From Planctomycetales bacterium (GTDB lineage Bacteria; 4484-113; JAFGCY01), in assembly GCA_022646745.1 (NCBI GenBank), contig CP060262.1, positions 2,430,001 to 2,462,000 on the forward strand: DNA of 32,000 nucleotides, read 5' to 3'. Each line of letters opens with the position of its first letter. The stretch's first letter is position 1. Below, piece by piece: positions 28,177 through 32,000 of this stretch. Below the pieces are notes generated by a model. That model was not told the DNA's origin, made no database searches, and saw only the letters and a program-made list of their open reading frames with translations. Position numbers and translations under genes: made by a program.

Positions 28177-30162
28177 ATGTCCGGGGTATATTGCAGACAC
28201 GCTCTGATTGCGGTACTGCTGCTGTCTATTGCAGCCCTCCCCGTGCGCGCCCATGCCCAGCAGACCCGAGCGATGGAGGTCGATCCTGCTGCATCCGGGG
28301 CGCTCGACCTGGCCGCCCACAGTGATGAAAGCGGTGAAAGCCAGGCACTGGAAATCCCCGTGGATCGCGGTGGGCATGCGCTCAGCGCCGGCTCTCTGGA
28401 GCTGTGGCGCAACATCTCCGCAAACTACCGGATGGCCGGAGAGCTGCTGGCGACAATCCGCCACGAGCTGGAGCTGGCCGGCGATGATCCGCCGAGCCGG
28501 GTTGCAGTCTGGCAACAATACGGCCCGTTACTGGTGGATACCCGCAACCGGCTGAATGACATGCGGCACATGATCGCCGCCAGGCTGGCGGAAGGCGGCC
28601 TGCAGGACGGCACGGAGCGCCAGGCCTACGGCAGCTGGAATGACGACCTGTACCGCGTGATCGCGATGCTTGACAACGACGTGATCGTGCTGGACCGCGA
28701 GGCCAGCTTCTACGGCGGCCTGTCCAGCGATGTGTACGAGGACGCCTTTGGCAGCGGCGTGAGCGAATCCCCGATGGAAAGCACCTTCTGGGGCGGCGAG
28801 ACCCGCAAGCCCGAGCCGAAGGAAGAGTGGGAGTACGAGGCCGAGTTCGGCTTCCAGTCCGGCCAGAGCACCTATGCAGAGAACGAGGCCTGGAATGCCG
28901 AGTTCGTCGAGCGCCTGATCGCCGCCGGTGGCAACGAGTTCGAGTTCTACCAGCAGTACAACAAGGACATCAGCTACGTCGAAAGCGAGAGCTGGACCGT
29001 CGGTGCGGAGCAGAAGATCAAGGACATCCTCTGGGAGGGCGACCTGCGCCTGAAGGAGGAGTTCGGCCAGTATCGGGACAAGGATGACTCCGCCAACGAC
29101 CTGCAGGAAGGCGAGTTCAAGATGCGCTTCGACCCGGAGTGGAGCGACGGCAGGTGGCAGGCGGACGTCGAGTACCGCTACAACGTGAAGGTCTATGAGA
29201 CCTTCTCCACCCGCAGCTACAAGCTCAACAGCGGCAAGCTGAAGCTCGAGCATGAGTTCAGCGAGGACCTCGAGGGCAACGTGCGCGGCGCATTTGACGA
29301 CTACAACTACAGCATCGGCAGTGACCGTGGCAACTCAAAGACGCAGTACGGCAGCGGGATGGACTGGGACATCACGAACGACCTTAGCATCGGCGTCGAC
29401 CTTGAGCAGGAGTCGAAGAACTACGACGTGCGCAAGGACCGCAACCATGAGGAGCGCAAGTACGGCGTCGACCTCGACTGGAAGCCGGATGACCACAGCC
29501 AGCTGAGCCTGAAGCACGGCTTCACGGACCACGACCGCTTCTATGACCCGGGTGAGAATTATGAGGACAACGCGACGGATGCGCGTTACCGCCGCAGCCT
29601 GAGTGACGAGTTCGACTTCGACCTGAACTGGTCATACCGCGACAAGCAGTTCGACATCGACCCGCTGAGCGACACCCTGCAGCGCGGCTACGGCTTCGGG
29701 ATGAACTACAACCCGGATGAGGACTGGAACCTGGCCTATTCGTTTGACAACCGCGACTACGGCTACAGCGACCCGGTCCGCGAATACGAGGCCCGCGGGC
29801 ACCGTGGCAGCATCGGCTACCGCCACCACAACATCTCGCTCAACCTCGACATCTCGCGCAGCGAGAACGACTACGCGATGGATGCACTGCGCAATTACAC
29901 GCGTGACGACTACGACCTGGACTTCGACTACCGGTTTGACCGCCATTCCGTGCGGGTATATTACGGGGTTGGCTACCTGGACCAGGCTGATCCGGCATCG
30001 ACCAACGACTACAGCGAGACCCGTGTCGGAGCAGGCTGGGACTATGAGTTGAGCGAGGAGGCACAGCTGCGCCTGAGCTACGACTTCAACGTGCGTGAAT
30101 ACGACAGCCAGCCCGAACAGGAAGACAACCGGCTGCAGGCAATCATCTCCTTTAGGTTCTGA
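28177..30162 (+). CDS. outer-membrane beta-barrel protein with an N-terminal periplasmic helical region (function unknown)
   Basis: Signal peptide ALIAVLLLSIAALPVRAHA-QQ, then about 200 aa of helical sequence. This is followed by about 440 aa of alternating-pattern, Y/D/N-rich strands (YDLDFDYRF, VRVYYGVGY, LRLSYDFNV). The C-terminal beta-signal ends in AIISFRF. Confidence 0.55.
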   Translation: MSGVYCRHALIAVLLLSIAALPVRAHAQQTRAMEVDPAASGALDLAAHSDESGESQALEIPVDRGGHALSAGSLELWRNISANYRMAGELLATIRHELELAGDDPPSRVAVWQQYGPLLVDTRNRLNDMRHMIAARLAEGGLQDGTERQAYGSWNDDLYRVIAMLDNDVIVLDREASFYGGLSSDVYEDAFGSGVSESPMESTFWGGETRKPEPKEEWEYEAEFGFQSGQSTYAENEAWNAEFVERLIAAGGNEFEFYQQYNKDISYVESESWTVGAEQKIKDILWEGDLRLKEEFGQYRDKDDSANDLQEGEFKMRFDPEWSDGRWQADVEYRYNVKVYETFSTRSYKLNSGKLKLEHEFSEDLEGNVRGAFDDYNYSIGSDRGNSKTQYGSGMDWDITNDLSIGVDLEQESKNYDVRKDRNHEERKYGVDLDWKPDDHSQLSLKHGFTDHDRFYDPGENYEDNATDARYRRSLSDEFDFDLNWSYRDKQFDIDPLSDTLQRGYGFGMNYNPDEDWNLAYSFDNRDYGYSDPVREYEARGHRGSIGYRHHNISLNLDISRSENDYAMDALRNYTRDDYDLDFDYRFDRHSVRVYYGVGYLDQADPASTNDYSETRVGAGWDYELSEEAQLRLSYDFNVREYDSQPEQEDNRLQAIISFRF

Positions 30163-30194
30163 TGTTCCTGGGCAGCCCCGTGCTGGAGAGAACA

Positions 30195-32000
30195 ATGAAA
30201 CTGAACATCAATTTCAGGCTTAACGGCATCCTGCTGGCAGCGCTCATGCTGTTGCTGGCCGTGCCCGCTCACGCGCAGGATGATGCCTTCGGCATCGTCG
30301 TGGAGCGCATCGCGGGCAGCGTGGAAGTACGCCACACGGAGCTGACGGAGAACCAGTGGCGCCAGGCCGAGAAGGGCGAGAACATCGGCGCGGGCTGGAG
30401 CCTGCGCACCGGTGAGGAGTCCAAGGTGCAGCTGCGCTTCCCCGAGGACAACGTGGTGATCCTGCGCCAGAACAGCGAGCTGGTCGTAGACCGGCTGTCC
30501 GCTGATGGCGGGGCCAGCCTGGAGGCGCTCAGCGGCGGGATCCTCGTCAACATCGAGAATGCACTGTCCCCCGGCAGCCAGTTCGAGGTCAAGACCCCGA
30601 CGGCTCTCGCCGTGGTGCGTGGCACCAAGTGGGGCATGGATGAGATCGACGAGTTCGACTGCCTGTGCTACGGCTACGACGGCACGGTGGCACTGTTCAC
30701 GGTTGACACCTTCGGCGACCCCGACCCTGCCAGCCAGGTCGACCTGACCATTGACACCGAGGTGGTTGCGGCCTATGGCAACCTGCAGGGCCCGGACCCG
30801 GCGGGCAGTGCCGCGCTGCTGTTCCTGCAGGAGATGGAGGACGAAAGTGCCTTCGATGCCTACGAGCAGGCCCTGCAGGACCTTGCCAGTGACCTGCGTC
30901 CCTTCGCACAGCGCGCGGATGACTTGCTGGACAAGCTCAGCGATTACGAGAAGGAATGGAACCGCTACGAGCGCAATGACCAGCGCTTCCAGATGCTGTA
31001 CCTCTACGTGCAGGTGCTCTACGCCTGGGATTCCCTTGATGAGCTGGGCAGTGACTATGCCTCCTTCCTGGAGGATGCCGAGCCCCGCCTGATCGTGCCC
31101 GTGCCGGACGGCCTGGCCAACAGTGCATTCACCGGCTTCAGCGATTCCCAGGACCCGGGTGACAACTTCGACTACTACGATGACCAGCTCGGGCTGCTGC
31201 GCCGCATCACCTCCGAGGAACTGCGCCAGGGCATCGGCGGCGTGCTGCGCATGATCGCCAGCGACAACCGCGACGCCTATGAGATCCTGCGCAACTTCAT
31301 GGATGACGCGGAACCCTTCATTGACACCAACCAGGACCTGATCGACCAGCTGCAGGGCCTGATCGAGCCCAGCGGCAACCCGGCGCTCTCCCTGCGCTGG
31401 AAGCTGTTCGACACTGACAACGACGGCATCTCCGACGTGGATGAGACCATGCTCGGGCTCGACCCGTTTGACAACAACTCAGACGGCTTCATCACCCTGC
31501 TCAACCCGGATGACGGCGAGGAGCTGGCCTACCCGGATGACAGCGAGGTGGAATTCAGCTTCGAGGAGCTGGACACCGACTTCATCGAGCAGTATGACCT
31601 CGTGCTGACCTCGAGCCGCGGCCGCCAGTGGGTGGCGCGCGATGTGGACAACGACACCACGGTCGAGACCGAGTTCCTGTTCGGCAACGGCGGGATCTTC
31701 GCTGACGACATCGTGGCGGACTCCAGTGGCCGCACGCTTGAGCTGAGCTGGCAGATCGTGGCCAAGGTGGATGAGGACGAGCTGTTCGCCGGCATCGCGG
31801 CGGCCAACCCGGACTTCGCCTCCGCCTTCGGCGGCACCATCGCCAGCGAGCAGCGCGAACTGACGATCACCGCCCCGTTCATCGACCAGGAAGTGATCAT
31901 CGACCTCGAGGGCATCGGCCGCACCGACGTGACCTGGGACGGACAGCTGTTCAGCCCGGACACGGTGCGCATCCGCGGCCTGATCAGCGATGTGAGCGAC
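30195..32000 (+). CDS. secreted FecR-domain protein with a thrombospondin-type-3-like Ca-binding motif, partial; runs off the window end
   Basis: Absent from the ORF track because there is no stop in the window. My translation from ATG 30195 (GGAGAG upstream) stays open to 32000. Signal peptide ILLAALMLLLAVPAHA-QD. FecR-like region: AGSVEVRH...W..A..G..IGAGWSLRTGEESKVQLRFPEDNVVILRQNSELVV...FEVKTPTALAVVRGTKWG. DTDNDGISDVDETMLGLDPFDNNSDG is encoded at nt 31406-31488. Confidence 0.65.
   Translation, partial: MKLNINFRLNGILLAALMLLLAVPAHAQDDAFGIVVERIAGSVEVRHTELTENQWRQAEKGENIGAGWSLRTGEESKVQLRFPEDNVVILRQNSELVVDRLSADGGASLEALSGGILVNIENALSPGSQFEVKTPTALAVVRGTKWGMDEIDEFDCLCYGYDGTVALFTVDTFGDPDPASQVDLTIDTEVVAAYGNLQGPDPAGSAALLFLQEMEDESAFDAYEQALQDLASDLRPFAQRADDLLDKLSDYEKEWNRYERNDQRFQMLYLYVQVLYAWDSLDELGSDYASFLEDAEPRLIVPVPDGLANSAFTGFSDSQDPGDNFDYYDDQLGLLRRITSEELRQGIGGVLRMIASDNRDAYEILRNFMDDAEPFIDTNQDLIDQLQGLIEPSGNPALSLRWKLFDTDNDGISDVDETMLGLDPFDNNSDGFITLLNPDDGEELAYPDDSEVEFSFEELDTDFIEQYDLVLTSSRGRQWVARDVDNDTTVETEFLFGNGGIFADDIVADSSGRTLELSWQIVAKVDEDELFAGIAAANPDFASAFGGTIASEQRELTITAPFIDQEVIIDLEGIGRTDVTWDGQLFSPDTVRIRGLISDVSD

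Noticed and set aside
1-32000. Mobile elements, prophage or defence islands, CRISPR arrays, tRNA/rRNA genes
   Set aside because: No integrase, transposase or recombinase-like ORF, no regularly spaced direct repeats, and no inverted terminal repeats were seen. No non-coding gap apart from 12661-13013 and 27976-28176 exceeds about 150 nt, and neither of those two looks like a tRNA. Composition appears uniform apart from the two regulatory regions.

Overview
High-GC, tightly packed bacterial chromosome segment with about 27 protein genes, mostly on the minus strand. I saw no rRNA, tRNA, CRISPR array, transposase or integrase.
Left to right:
(1) An operon of duplicated genes: two DUF2007-like proteins, two two-domain lipoproteins and an atypical MBL-fold protein that runs off the left edge.
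(2) A surface lipoprotein carrying both dockerin-like and cohesin-like modules.
(3) recO.
(4) A three-gene cytoplasmic operon of unknown function: a degenerate Hanks-type pseudokinase, a 1938-aa acidic TPR giant and a coiled-coil protein.
(5) A five-gene flagellar hook module (MotE/YlxF-like, fliK, flgD, TIGR02530-like, enlarged 781-aa flgE) preceded by a near-consensus sigma-28 promoter.
(6) purM, a class-I aminotransferase, and three small paralogous lipoproteins.
(7) A YcaQ/AlkZ-like glycosylase, an orphan MacB/FtsX permease, and thpR.
(8) rpmF-acpP followed by a secreted beta-propeller-like protein.
(9) A divergent envelope gene pair: a helical-domain plus beta-barrel outer-membrane protein, and a FecR-domain/Ca-binding secreted protein that runs off the right edge.
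The best candidate for an undescribed system is the pseudokinase / TPR giant / coiled-coil operon (5564-12660). It abuts the hook genes and has its own structured low-GC leader.
Other signals worth a second look:
- the sigma-28 promoter in front of hook genes;
- a hairpin that sequesters the flgE Shine-Dalgarno sequence;
- two tandem DnaA boxes in the rpmF/OMP intergenic region;
- a terminator folded over the start of the gene after acpP;
- leaderless-type promoter geometry on both DUF2007 paralogs;
- the dockerin-plus-cohesin lipoprotein.
The encoded proteins are strikingly D/E-rich, which may indicate a saline habitat. I cannot assign a taxon by eye. All family calls come from motif recognition by eye on my own translations or the supplied ORF track; no database search or folding program was run.
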